Origin: Eledone cirrhosa
Lineage: Eukaryota
Length of the DNA: 64,000 bases
NCBI GenBank assembly: GCA_964016885.1
Contig: OZ024742.1
Location: 992,001-1,056,000, forward strand
Direction of reading: 5' to 3'
Shown here: one piece after another, positions 15,001 through 30,000 of the stretch
How the letters are laid out: each line of letters starts with the position of its first letter
Numbering within the stretch: the first letter of the stretch is position 1
The notes under the pieces: model-generated
Databases searched by the model: none
Told to the model about the DNA's origin: nothing
Seen by the model: only the letters and a program-made list of their open reading frames with translations
Program-made: the position numbers and the translations under genes

Positions 15001-18000
15001 ACAGTCTCACATCTTACTACTTCTCTAACACGGTCTCACATCTCACTACTTCTCTAATACAGTCTCACATCTCACTACTTCTCTAACACAGTCTCACATC
15101 TCACTACTTCTCTAATAGTCTCACTTCTCACTACTTCTCTAATACAGTCTCACATCTCACTACTTCTCTAACACAGTCTCACATCTCACTACTTCTCTAA
15201 CACAGTCTCACATCTCACTACTTCTCTAACACAGTCTCACATCTCATTACTTCTCTAACACAGTCTCACATCTCACTACTTCTCTAACAGTCTCACATCT
15301 CACTACATCTCTAATACAGTCTCACATCTCACTACTTCTCTAATACAGTCTCACATCTCACTACTTCTCTAATACAGTCTCACATCTCACTACTTCTCTA
15401 ACACAGTCTCACATCTCACTACTTCTCTAATACAGTCTCACATCCCACTACTTCTCTAATACAGTCTCACATCTCACTACTTCTCTAATACAGTCTCACA
15501 TCTCACTACTTCTCTAACACAGTCTCACATCTCACTACTTCTCTAACACAGTCTCACATCTCACAACTTCTCTAACACAGTCTCACATCTCACAACTTCT
15601 CTAATACAGTCTCACATCTCACTACTTCTCTAACACAGTCTCACATCTCACTACTTCTCTAACAGTCTCACATCTTACTACTTCTCTAACACAGTCTCAC
15701 ATCTCACTACTTCTCTAATACAGTCTCACATCTCACTACTTCTCTAATACAGTCTCACATCTCACTACTTCTCTAACACAGTCTCACATCTCACTACTTC
15801 TCTAACACAGTCTCACATCTCACTACTACTCTAACACAGTCTCACATCTCACTACTTCTCTAACAGTCTCACATCTCACTACTTCTCTAATAGTCTCACA
15901 TCTCACTACTTCTCTAACAGTCTCACATCTCACTACTTCTCTAATACAGTCTCACATCTCACTACTTCTCTAATACAGTCTCACATCTCACTACTTCTCT
16001 AACACAGTCTCACATCTCACTACTTCTCTAACAGTCTCACATCTCACTACTTCTCTAACAGTCTCACATCTCACTACTTCTCTAACACAGTCTCACATCT
16101 CACTACATCTCTAACAGTCTCACATCTCACTACTTCTCTAACACAGTCTCACATCTCACTACTTCTCTAACACAGTCTCACATCTCACTACTTCTCTAAC
16201 AGTCTTACATCTCACTACTTCTCTAACACAGTCTCACATCTCACTACTTCTCTAACAGTCTCACACCTCACTACTTCTCTAACACAGTCTCACATCTCAC
16301 TACTTCTCTAACACAGTCTCACATGTCACTACTTCTCTAATAGTCTCACACCTCACTACTTCTCTAACAGTCTCACATCTCACTACTTCTCTAACACAGT
16401 CTCACATCTCACTACTTCTCTAATAGTCTCACATCTCACTACTTCTCTAATAGTCTCACATCTCACTACTTCTCTAACACAGTCTCACATCTCACTACTT
16501 CTCTAACACAGTCTCACATCTCACTACTTCTCTAACAGTCTCACATCTCACTACTTCTCTAACACAGTCACACATCTCACTACTTCTCTAACAGTCTCAC
16601 ATCTCACTACTTCTCTAACACAGTCTCACATCTCACTACTTCTCTAACACAGTCTCACATCTCACTACTTCTCTAACACAGTCACACATCTCACTACTTC
16701 TCTAACACAGTCTCACATCTCACTACTTCTCTAACACAGTGTCACATCTCACTACTTCTCTAACACAGTCTCACATCTCACTATTTCTCTAATGCAGTCT
16801 CACATCTCACTACTTCTCTAATACAGTCTCACATCTCACTACTTCTCTAATACAGTCTCATATCTCACTACTTCTCTAACACGGTCTCACATCTCACTAC
16901 TTCTCTAATACAGTCTCACATCTCACTACTTCTCTAACACAGTCTCACATCTCACTACTTCTCTAACAGTCTCACATCTCACTACTTCTCTAATAGTCTC
17001 ACTTCTCACTACTTCTCTAATACAGTCTCACATCTCACTACTTCCCTAACACAGTCTCACATCTCACTACTTCTCTAACACAGTCTCACATCTCACTATT
17101 TCTCTAACAGTCTCACATCTCACTACTTCTCTAACAGTCTCACATCTCACTACTTCTCTAACACAGTCTCACATCTCACTACTTCTCTAATACAGTCTCA
17201 CATCTCACTACTTCTCTAACAGTCTCACATCTCACTACCTTTCTAACACAGTCTCACATCTCACTACTTCTCTAACACAGTCTCACATCTCACTACTTCT
17301 CTAACACAGTCTCACATCTCACTACTTCTCTAATACAGTCTCACATCTCACTACTTCTCTAACAGTCTCACATCTCACTACTTCTCTAATACAGTCTCAC
17401 ATCTCACTACTTCTCTAACAGTCTCACATCTCACTACTTCTCTAACACAGTCTCACATCTCACTACTTCTCTAATACAGTCTCACATCTCACTACTTCTC
17501 TAATACAGTCTCACATCTCACTACTTCTCTAATACAGTCACACATCTCACTACTTCTCTAATACAGTCTCATATCTCACTACTTCTCTAACACAGTCTCA
17601 CATCTCACTACTTCTCTAACACAGTCTCACATCTCACTACTTCTCTAATACAGTCTCACATCTCACTACTTCTCTAATAGTCTCACTTCTCACTACTTCT
17701 CTAATACAGTCTCACATCTCACTACTTCTCTAACACAGTCTCACATCTCACTACTTCTCTAACACAGTCTCACATCTCACTACTTCTCTAACACAGTCTC
17801 ACATCTCATTACTTCTCTAACACAGTCTCACATCTCACTACTTCTCTAACAGTCTCACATCTCACTACATCTCTAATACAGTCTCACATCTCACTACTTC
17901 TCTAATACAGTCTCACATCTCACTACTTCTCTAATACAGTCTCACATCTCACTACTTCTCTAACACAGTCTCACATCTCACTACTTCTCTAATACAGTCT

Positions 18001-21000
18001 CACATCCCACTACTTCTCTAATACAGTCTCACATCTCACTACTTCTCTAATACAGTCTCACATCTCACTACTTCTCTAACACAGTCTCACATCTCACTAC
18101 TTCTCTAACACAGTCTCACATCTCACAACTTCTCTAACACAGTCTCACATCTCACAACTTCTCTAATACAGTCTCACATCTCACTACTTCTCTAACACAG
18201 TCTCACATCTCACTACTTCTCTAACAGTCTCACATCTTACTACTTCTCTAACACAGTCTCACATCTCACTACTTCTCTAATACAGTCTCACATCTCACTA
18301 CTTCTCTAATACAGTCTCACATCTCACTACTTCTCTAACACAGTCTCACATCTCACTACTTCTCTAACACAGTCTCACATCTCACTACTACTCTAACACA
18401 GTCTCACATCTCTCTACTTCTCTAACAGTCTCACATCTCACTACTTCTCTAATAGTCTCACATCTCACTACTTCTCTAACAGTCTCACATCTCACTACTT
18501 CTCTAATACAGTCTCACATCTCACTACTTCTCTAATACAGTCTCACATCTCACTACTTCTCTAACACAGTCTCACATCTCACTACTTCTCTAACAGTCTC
18601 ACATCTCACTACTTCTCTAACAGTCTCACATCTCACTACTTCTCTAACACAGTCTCACATCTCACTACTTCTCTAACAGTCTCACATCTCACTACTTCTC
18701 TAACACAGTCTCACATCTCACTACTTCTCTAACACAGTCTCACATCTCACTACTTCTCTAACAGTCTTACATCTCACTACTTCTCTAACACAGTCTCACA
18801 TCTCACTACTTCTCTAACAGTCTCACACCTCACTACTTCTCTAACACAGTCTCACATCTCACTACTTCTCTAACACAGTCTCACATGTCACTACTTCTCT
18901 AATAGTCTCACACCTCACTACTTCTCTAACAGTCTCACATCTCACTACTTCTCTAACACAGTCTCACATCTCACTACTTCTCTAATAGTCTCACATCTCA
19001 CTACTTCTCTAATAGTCTCACATCTCACTACTTCTCTAACACAGTCTCACATCTCACTACTTCTCTAACACAGTCTCACATCTCACTACTTCTCTAACAG
19101 TCTCACATCTCACTACTTCTCTAACACAGTCACACATCTCACTACTTCTCTAACAGTCTCACATCTCACTACTTCTCTAACACAGTCTCACATCTCACTA
19201 CTTCTCTAACACAGTCTCACATCTCACTACTTCTCTAACACAGTCTCACATCTCACTACTTCTCTAACACAGTCACACATCTCACTACTTCTCTAACACA
19301 GTCTCACATCTCACTACTTCTCTAACACAGTGTCACATCTCACTACTTCTCTAACACAGTCTCACATCTCACTATTTCTCTAATGCAGTCTCACATCTCA
19401 CTACTTCTCTAATACAGTCTCACATCTCACTACTTCTCTAATACAGTCTCATATCTCACTACTTCTCTAACACGGTCTCACATCTCACTACTTCTCTAAT
19501 ACAGTCTCACATCTCACTACTTCTCTAACACAGTCTCACATCTCACTACTTCTCTAACAGTCTCACATCTCACTACTTCTCTAATAGTCTCACTTCTCAC
19601 TACTTCTCTAATACAGTCTCACATCTCACTACTTCTCTAACACAGTCTCACATCTCACTACTTCTCTAACACAGTCTCACATCTCACTACTTCTCTAATA
19701 GTCTCACATCTCACTACTTCTCTAACACAGTCTCACATCTCACTACTTCTCTAACAGTCTCACATCTCACTACTTCTCTAACACAGTCTCACATCTCACT
19801 ACATCTCTAATACAGTCTCACATCTTACTACTTCTCTAATAGTCTCACATCACACTACATCTATAATACAGTCTCACATCTCACTACTTCTCTAATAGTC
19901 TCACATCTCACTACTTCTCTAATACAGTCTCACATCTCACTACTTCTCTAATACAGTCTCATATCTCACTACTTCTCTAACACAGTCTCACATCTCACTA
20001 CTTCTCTAACACAGTCTCACATCTCACTACTTCTCTAATACAGTCTCACATCTCACTACTTCTCTAACACAGTCTCACATCTCACTACTTCTCTAACACG
20101 GTCTCACATCTCACTACTTCTCTAATACAGTCTCACATCTCACTACTTCTCTAACACAGTCTCACATCTCACTACTTCTCTAATAGTCTCACTTCTCACT
20201 ACTTCTCTAATACAGTCTCACATCTCACTACTTCTCTAACACAGTCTCACATCTCACTACTTCTCTAACACAGTCTCACATCTCACTACTTCTCTAACAG
20301 TCTCACATCTCATTACTTCTCTAACACAGTCTCACATCTCACTACTTCTCTAACAGTCTCACATCTCACTACATCTCTAATACAGTCTCACATCTCACTA
20401 CTTCTCTAACACGGTCTCACATCTCACTACTTCTCTAATAGTCTCACATCTCACTACTTCTCTAACACAGTCTCACATCTCACTACTTCTCTAACACAGT
20501 CTCAAATCTCACTACTTCTCTAATAGTCTCACTTCTCACTACTTCTCTAATACAGTCTCACATCTCACTACTTCTCTAACACAGTCTCACATCTCACTAC
20601 TTCTCTAACACAGTCTCACATCTCACTACTTCTCTAACAGTCTCACATCTCATTACTTCTCTAACACAGTCTCACATCTCACTACTTCTCTAACAGTCTC
20701 ACATCTCACTACATCTCTAATACAGTCTCACATCTCACTACTTATTTAATACAGTCTCACATCTCACTACTTCTCTACTACAGTCTCACATCTCACTACT
20801 TCTCTAACCCAGTCTCACATCTCACTACTTCTCTAACACAGTCTCACATCTCACTACTTCTCTAATACAGTCTCACATCCCACTACTTCTCTAATACAGT
20901 CTCACATCTCACTACTTCTCTAATACAGTCTCACATCTCACTACTTCTCTAACACAGTCTCACATCTCACTACTTCTCTAACACAGTCTCACATCTCACT

Positions 21001-24000
21001 ACTTCTCTAACACAGTCTCACATCTCACTACTTCTCTAACACAGTCTCACATCTCACTACTTGTCTCACATCTCACTAATTCTCTAATACAGTCTCACAT
21101 CTCACTACTTCTCTAATACAGTCTCACATCTCACTACTTCTCTAACAGTCTCACATCTCACTACTTCTCTAACACAGTCTCACATCTCACTACTTCTCTA
21201 ACCCAGTCTCACATCTCACTACTTCTCTAACACAGTCTCACATCTCACTACTTCTCTAACAGTCTCACATCTCACTACTTCTCTAACACAGTCTCACATC
21301 TTACTACTTCTCTAACAGTCTCACATCTCACTACTTCTCTAACAGTCTCACATCTCACTACTTCTCTAACACAGTCTCACATCTCACTACTTCTCTAACA
21401 GTCTCACATCTCACTACTTCTATAATACAGTCTCACATCTCACTACTTCTCTAACACAGTCTCACATCTCACTACTTCTCTAATAGTCTCACATCTCACT
21501 ACTTCTCTAACACAGTCTCACATCTCACTACTTCTCTAATACAGTCTTACATCTCACTACTTCTCTAACACAGTCTCACATCTCACTACTTATCTAACAC
21601 AGTCTCACATGTCACTACTTCTCTAATACAGTCTCACATCTCACTACTTCTCTTACACAGTCTCACATCTCACTACTTCTCTAATACAGTCTCACATCTC
21701 ACTACTTCTCTAATACAGTCTCACATCTCACTACTTCTCTAGCACAGTCTCACATCTCACTACATCTCTAATAGTCTCACATCTTACTACTTCTCTAATA
21801 GTCTCACATCTCACTACATCTCTAATACAGTCTCACATCTCACTACTTCTCTAATAGTCTCACATCTCACTACTTCTCTAATACAGTCTCACATCTCACT
21901 ACTTCTCTAACACAGTCTCACATCTCACTACTTCTCTAACAGTCTCACATCTCACTACTTCTCTAACACAGTCTCACATCTCACTACTTCTCTAACACAG
22001 TCTCACATCTCACTACTTCTCTAACAGGCTCACATCTCACTACTTCTCTAACACAGTCTCACATCTCACTACTTCTCTAATACAGTCTCATATCTCACTA
22101 CTTCTCTAACACAGTCTCACATCTCACTACTTCTCTAACACAGTCTCACATCTCACTACTTCTCTAACACAGTCTCACATCTCACTACTTCTCTAATACA
22201 GTCTCACATCTCACTACTTCTCTAACACAGTCTCACATCTCACTACTTCTCTAACACGGTCTCACATCTCACTACTTCTCTAATACAGTCTCACATCTCA
22301 CTACTTCTCTAACAGTCTCACATCTCACTACTTCTCTAACAGTCTCACATCTCACTACTTCTCTAACACAGTCTCACATCTCACTACTTCTCTAACAGTT
22401 TCACATCTCACTACTTCTCTAACACAGTCTCACATCTCACTACTTCTCTAACAGTCTCACATCTCACTACTTCTATAATACAGTCTCACCTCTCACTACT
22501 TCTCTAACACAGTCTCACATCTCACTACTTCTCTAACAGTCTCACATCTCACTACTTCTCTAACACAGTCTCACATCTCACTACTTCTCTAACAGTCTCA
22601 CATCTCACTACTTCTCTAACAGTCTCACATCTCACTACTTCTCTAACACAGTCTCACATCTCACTACATCTCTAATACAGTCTCACATCTCACTACTTCT
22701 CTAACACAGTCTCACATCTCACTACTTCTCTAATAGTCTCACATCTCACTACTTCTCTAATAGTCTCACATCTCACTACTTCTCTAATAGTCTCACATCT
22801 CACTACTTCTCTAACACAGTCTCACATCTCACTACTTCTCTAACAGTCTCACATCTCACTACTTCTCTAATACAGTCTCACATCTCACTACTTTTCTAAT
22901 ACAGTCTCACATCTCACTACTTCTCTAATACAGTCTCACATCTCACTACTTCTCTAATAGTCTCACATTTCACTACTTCTCTAACACAGTCTCACATCTC
23001 ATTACTTCTCTAACACAGTCTCACATCTCACTACTTCTCTAACACAGTCTCACATCTCACTACTTCTCTAATAGTCTCACATCTCACTACTTCTCTAATA
23101 CAGTCTCACATCTCACTACTTCTCTAATACAGTCTCACATCTCACTACTTCTCTAACACAGTCTCACATCTCACTACTTCTCTAACAGTCTCACATCTCA
23201 CTACTTCTCTAACAGTCTCACATCTCACTACTTCTCTAACAGTCTCACATCTCACTACTTCTCTAACACAGTCTCACATCTCACTACTTCTCTAACACAG
23301 TCTCACATCTCACTACTTCTCTAACACAGTCTCACATCTCACTACTTCTCTAATAGTCTCATATCTCACTACTTCTCTAATAGTCTCACATCTCACTACT
23401 TCTCTAACACAGTCTCACATCTCACTACTTCTCTAACAGTCTCACATCTCACTACTTCTCTAATACAGTCTCACATCTCACTACTTTTCTAATACAGTCT
23501 AACATCTCACTACTTCTCTAATACAGTCTCACATCTCACTACTTCTCTAATACAGTCTCACATCTCACTACTTCTCTAACACAGTCTCACATCTCACTAC
23601 TTCTCTAACACAATCTCACATCTCACTACTTCTCTAACACAGTCTCACATCTCACTACTTCTCTAACACAGTCTCACATCTCACTACTTCTCTAACACAG
23701 TCTAACATCTCACTACTTCTCTAATAATCTCACATCTCACTACTTCTCTAACACAGTCTCACATCTCACTACTTCTCTAACACAGTCTCACATCTCACTA
23801 CTTCTCTAATACAGTCTCACATCTCACTACTTCTCTAATACAGTCTCACATCTCACTACTTCTCTAATACAGTCTCACATCTCACTACTTCTCTAATACA
23901 GTCTCACATCTCACTACTTCTCTAATACAGTCTCACATCTCACTACTTCTCTAACAGTCTCACATCTCACTACTTCTCTAACAGTCTCACATCTCACTAC

Positions 24001-27000
24001 TTCTCTAACACAGTCTCACATCTCACTACTTCTCTAACACAGTCTCACATCTCACTACTTCTCTAACAGTCTCACATCTCACTACTTCTCTAACACAGTC
24101 TCACATCTCACTACTTCTCTAACACAGTCTCACATCTCACTACTTCTCTAACACAGTCTCACATCTCACTACTTCTCTAACAGTCTTACATCTCACTACT
24201 TCTCTAACACAGTCTCACATCTCACTACTTCTCTAACAGTCTCACACCTCACTACTTCTCTAACACAGTCTCACATCTCACTACTTCTCTAATAGTCTCA
24301 CACCTCACTACTTCTCTAACAGTCTCACATCTCACTACTTCTCTAACACAGTCTCACATCTCAGTACTTCTCTAATAGTCTCACATCTCACTACTTCTCT
24401 AATAGTCTCACATCTCACTACTTCTCTAACACAGTCTCACATCTCACTACTTCTCTAACACAGTCTCACATCTCACTACTTCTCTAACAGTCTCACATCT
24501 CACTACTTCTCTAACACAGTCACACATCTCACTACTTCTCTAACAGTCTCACATCTCACTACTTCTCTAACACAGTCTCACATCTCACTACTTCTCTAAC
24601 ACAGTCTCACATCTCACTACTTCTCTAACACAGTCACACATCTCACTACTTCTCTAACACAGTCTCACATCTCACTACTTCTCTAACACAGTGTCACATC
24701 TCACTACTTCTCTAACACAGTCTCACATCTCACTATTTCTCTAATGCAGTCTCACATCTCACTACTTCTCTAATACAGTCTCACATCTCACTACTTCTCT
24801 AATACAGTCTCATATCTCACTACTTCTCTAACACGGTCTCACATCTCACTACTTCTCTAATACAGTCTCACATCTCACTACTTCTCTAACACAGTCTCAC
24901 ATCTCACTACTTCTCTAACAGTCTCACATCTCACTACTTCTCTAATAGTCTCACTTCTCACTACTTCTCTAATACAGTCTCACATCTCACTACTTCTCTA
25001 ACACAGTCTCACTACTTCTCTAACACAGTCTCACATCTCACTACTTCTCTAATAGTCTCACATCTCACTACTTCTCTAACACAGTCTCACATCTCACTAC
25101 TTCTCTAACAGTCTCACATCTCACTACTTCTCTAACACAGTCTCACATCTCACTACATCTCTAATACAGTCTCACATCTTACTACTTCTCTAATAGTCTC
25201 ACATCACACTACATCTCTAATACAGTCTCACATCTCACTACTTCTCTAATAGTCTCACATCTCACTACTTCTCTAATACAGTCTCACATCTCACTACTTC
25301 TCTAATACAGTCTCATATCTCACTACTTCTCTAACACAGTCTCACATCTCACTACTTCTCTAACACAGTCTCACATCTCACTACTTCTCTAATACAGTCT
25401 CACATCTCACTACTTCTCTAACACAGTCTCACATCTCACTACTTCTCTAACACGGTCTCACATCTCACTACTTCTCTAATACAGTCTCACATCTCACTAC
25501 TTCTCTAACACAGTCTCACATCTCACTACTTCTCTAATAGTCTCACTTCTCACTACTTCTCTAATACAGTCTCACATCTCACTACTTCTCTAACACAGTC
25601 TCACATCTCACTACTTCTCTAACACAGTCTCACATCTCACTACTTCTCTAACAGTCTCACATCTCATTACTTCTCTAACACAGTCTCACATCTCACTACT
25701 TCTCTAACAGTCTCACATCTCACTACATCTCTAATACAGTCTCACATCTCACTACTTCTCTAACACGGTCTCACATCTCACTACTTCTCTAATAGTCTCA
25801 CATCTCACTACTTCTCTAACACAGTCTCACATCTCACTACTTCTCTAACACAGTCTCAAATCTCACTACTTCTCTAATAGTCTCACTTCTCACTACTTCT
25901 CTAATACAGTCTCACATCTAACTACTTCTCTAACACAGTCTCACATCTCACTACTTCTCTAACACAGTCTCACATCTCACTACTTCTCTAACAGTCTCAC
26001 ATCTCATTACTTCTCTAACACAGTCTCACATCTCACTACTTCTCTAACAGTCTCACATCTCACTACTTCTCTAATACAGTCTCACATCTCACTACTTTTC
26101 TAATACAGTCTCACATCTCACTACTTCTCTAATACAGTCTCACATCTCACTACTTCTCTAATAGTCTCACATTTCACTACTTCTCTAACACAGTCTCACA
26201 TCTCATTACTTCTCTAACACAGTCTCACATCTCACTACTTCTCTAACACAGTCTCACATCTCACTACTTCTCTAATAGTCTCACATCTCACTACTTCTCT
26301 AATACAGTCTCACATCTCACTACTTCTCTAATACAGTCTCACATCTCACTACTTCTCTAACACAGTCTCACATCTCACTACTTCTCTAACAGTCTCACAT
26401 CTCACTACTTCTCTAACAGTCTCACATCTCACTACTTCTCTAACAGTCTCACATCTCACTACTTCTCTAACACAGTCTCACATCTCACTACTTCTCTAAC
26501 ACAGTCTCACATCTCACTACTTCTCTAACACAGTCTCACATCTCACTACTTCTCTAATAGTCTCATATCTCACTACTTCTCTAATAGTCTCACATCTCAC
26601 TACTTCTCTAATAGTCTCACATCTCACTACTTCTCTAACACAGTCTCACATCTCACTACTTCTCTAACAGTCTCACATCTCACTACTTCTCTAATACAGT
26701 CTCACATCTCACTACTTTTCTAATACAGTCTAACATCTTACTACTTCTCTAATACAGTCTCACATCTCACTACTTCTCTAATACAGTCTCACATCTCACT
26801 ACTTCTCTAACACAGTCTCACATCTCACTACTTCTCTAACACAATCTCACATCTCACTACTTCTCTAACACAGTCTCACATCTCACTACTTCTCTAACAC
26901 AGTCTCACATCTCACTACTTCTCTAACACAGTCTAACATCTCACTACTTCTCTAATAATCTCACATCTCACTACTTCTCTAACACAGTCTCACATCTCAC

Positions 27001-30000
27001 TACTTCTCTAACACAGTCTCACATCTCACTACTTCTCTAATACAGTCTCACATCTCACTACTTCTCTAATACAGTCTCACATCTCACTACTTCTCTAATA
27101 CAGTCTCACATCTCACTACTTCTCTAATACAGTCTCACATCTCACTACTTCTCTAACAGTCTCACATCTCACTACTTCTCTAACAGTCTCACATCTCACT
27201 ACTTCTCTAACACAGTCTCACATCTCACTACTTCTCTAACACAGTCTCACATCTCACTACTTCTCTAACAGTCTCACATCTCACTACTTCGCTAACACAG
27301 TCTCACATCTCACTACTTCTCTAACACAGTCTCACATCTCACTACTTCTCTAACACAGTCTCACATCTCACTACATCTCTAACAGTCTTACATCTCACTA
27401 CTTCTCTAACACAGTCTCACATCTCACTACTTCTCTAACAGTCTCACACCTCACTACTTCTCTAACACAGTCTCACATCTCACTACTTCTCTAACACAGT
27501 CTCACATGTCACTACTTCTCTAATAGTCTCACACCTCACTACTTCTCTAACAGTCTCACATCTCACTACTTCTCTAACACAGTCTCACATCTCACTACTT
27601 CTCTAATAGTCTCACATCTCACTACTTCTCTAATAGTCTCACATCTCACTACTTCTCTAACACAGTCTCACATCTCACTACTTCTCTAACACAGTCTCAC
27701 ATCTCACTACTTCTCTAACAGTCTCACATCTCACTACTTCTCTAACACAGTCACACATCTCACTACTTCTCTAACAGTCTCACATCTCACTACTTCTCTA
27801 ACACAGTCTCACATCTCACTACTTCTCTAACACAGTCTCACATCTCACTACTTCTCTAACACAGTCACACATCTCACTACTTCTCTAACACAGTCTCACA
27901 TCTCACTACTTCTCTAACACAGTGTCACATCTCACTACTTCTCTAACACAGTCTCACATCTCACTATTTCTCTAATGCAGTCTCACATCTCACTACTTCT
28001 CTAATACAGTCTCACATCTCACTACTTCTCTAATACAGTCTCATATCTCACTACTTCTCTAACACGGTCTCACATCTCACTACTTCTCTAATACAGTCTC
28101 ACATCTCACTACTTCTCTAACACAGTCTCACATCTCACTACTTCTCTAACAGTCTCACATCTCACTACTTCTCTAATAGTCTCACTTCTCACTACTTCTC
28201 TAATACAGTCTCACATCTCACTACTTCTCTAACACAGTCTCACATCTCACTACTTCTCTAACACAGTCTCACATCTCACTACTTCTCTAATAGTCTCACA
28301 TCTCACTACTTCTCTAACACAGTCTCACATCTCACTACTTCTCTAACAGTCTCACATCTCACTACTTCTCTAACACAGTCTCACATCTCACTACATCTAT
28401 AATACAGTCTCACATCTTACTACTTCTCTAATAGTCTCACATCACACTACATCTCTAATACAGTCTCACATCTCACTACTTCTCTAATAGTCTCACATCT
28501 CACTACTTCTCTAATACAGTCTCACATCTCACTACTTCTCTAATACAGTCTCATATCTCACTACTTCTCTAACACAGTCTCACATCTCACTACTTCTCTA
28601 ACACAGTCTCACATCTCACTACTTCTCTAATACAGTCTCACATCTCACTACTTCTCTAACACAGTCTCACATCTCACTACTTCTCTAACACGGTCTCACA
28701 TCTCACTACTTCTCTAATACAGTCTCACATCTCACTACTTCTCTAACACAGTCTCACATCTCACTACTTCTCTAATAGTCTCACTTCTCACTACTTCTCT
28801 AATACAGTCTCACATCTCACTACTTCTCTAACACAGTCTCACATCTCACTACTTCTCTAACACAGTCTCACATCTCACTACTTCTCTAACAGTCTCACAT
28901 CTCATTACTTCTCTAACACAGTCTCACATCTCACTACTTCTCTAACAGTCTCACATCTCACTACATCTCTAATACAGTCTCACATCTCACTACTTCTCTA
29001 ACACGGTCTCACATCTCACTACTTCTCTAATAGTCTCACATCTCACTACTTCTCTAACACAGTCTCACATATCACTACTTCTCTAACACAGTCTCAAATC
29101 TCACTACTTCTCTAATAGTCTCACTTCTCACTACTTCTCTAATACAGTCTCACATCTCACTACTTCTCTAACACAGTCTCACATCTCACTACTTCTCTAA
29201 CACAGTCTCACATCTCACTACTTCTCTAACACAGTCTCACATCTCACTACTTCTCTAACAGTCTCACATCTCATTACTTCTCTAACACAGTCTCACATCT
29301 CACTACTTCTCTAACAGTCTCACATCTCACTACATCTCTAATACAGTCTCACATCTCACTACTTATTTAATACAGTCTCACATCTCACTACTTCTCTAAC
29401 CCAGTCTCACATCTCACTACTTCTCTAACACAGTCTCACATCTCACTACTTCTCTAACACAGTCTCACATCTCACTACTTCTCTAATACAGTCTCACATC
29501 CCACTACTTCTCTAATACAGTCTCACATCTCACTACTTCTCTAATACAGTCTCACATCTCACTACTTCTCTAACACAGTCTCACATCTCACTACTTCTCT
29601 AACACAGTCTCACATCTCACTACTTCTCTAACACAGTCTCACATCTCACTACTTCTCTAACACAGTCTCACATCTCACTACTTGTCTCACATCTCACTAA
29701 TTCTCTAATACAGTCTCACATCTCACTACTTCTCTAATACAGTCTCACATCTCACTACTTCTCTAACAGTCTCAAATCTCACTACTTCTCTAACACAGTC
29801 TCACATCTCACTACTTCTCTAACCCAGTCTCACATCTCACTACTTCTCTAACACAGTCTCACATCTCACTACTTCTCTAACAGTCTCACATCTCACTACT
29901 TCTCTAACACAGTCTCACATCTCACTACTTCTCTAACAGTCTCACATCTCACTACTTCTCTAACAGTCTCACATCTCACTACTTCTCTAACACAGTCTCA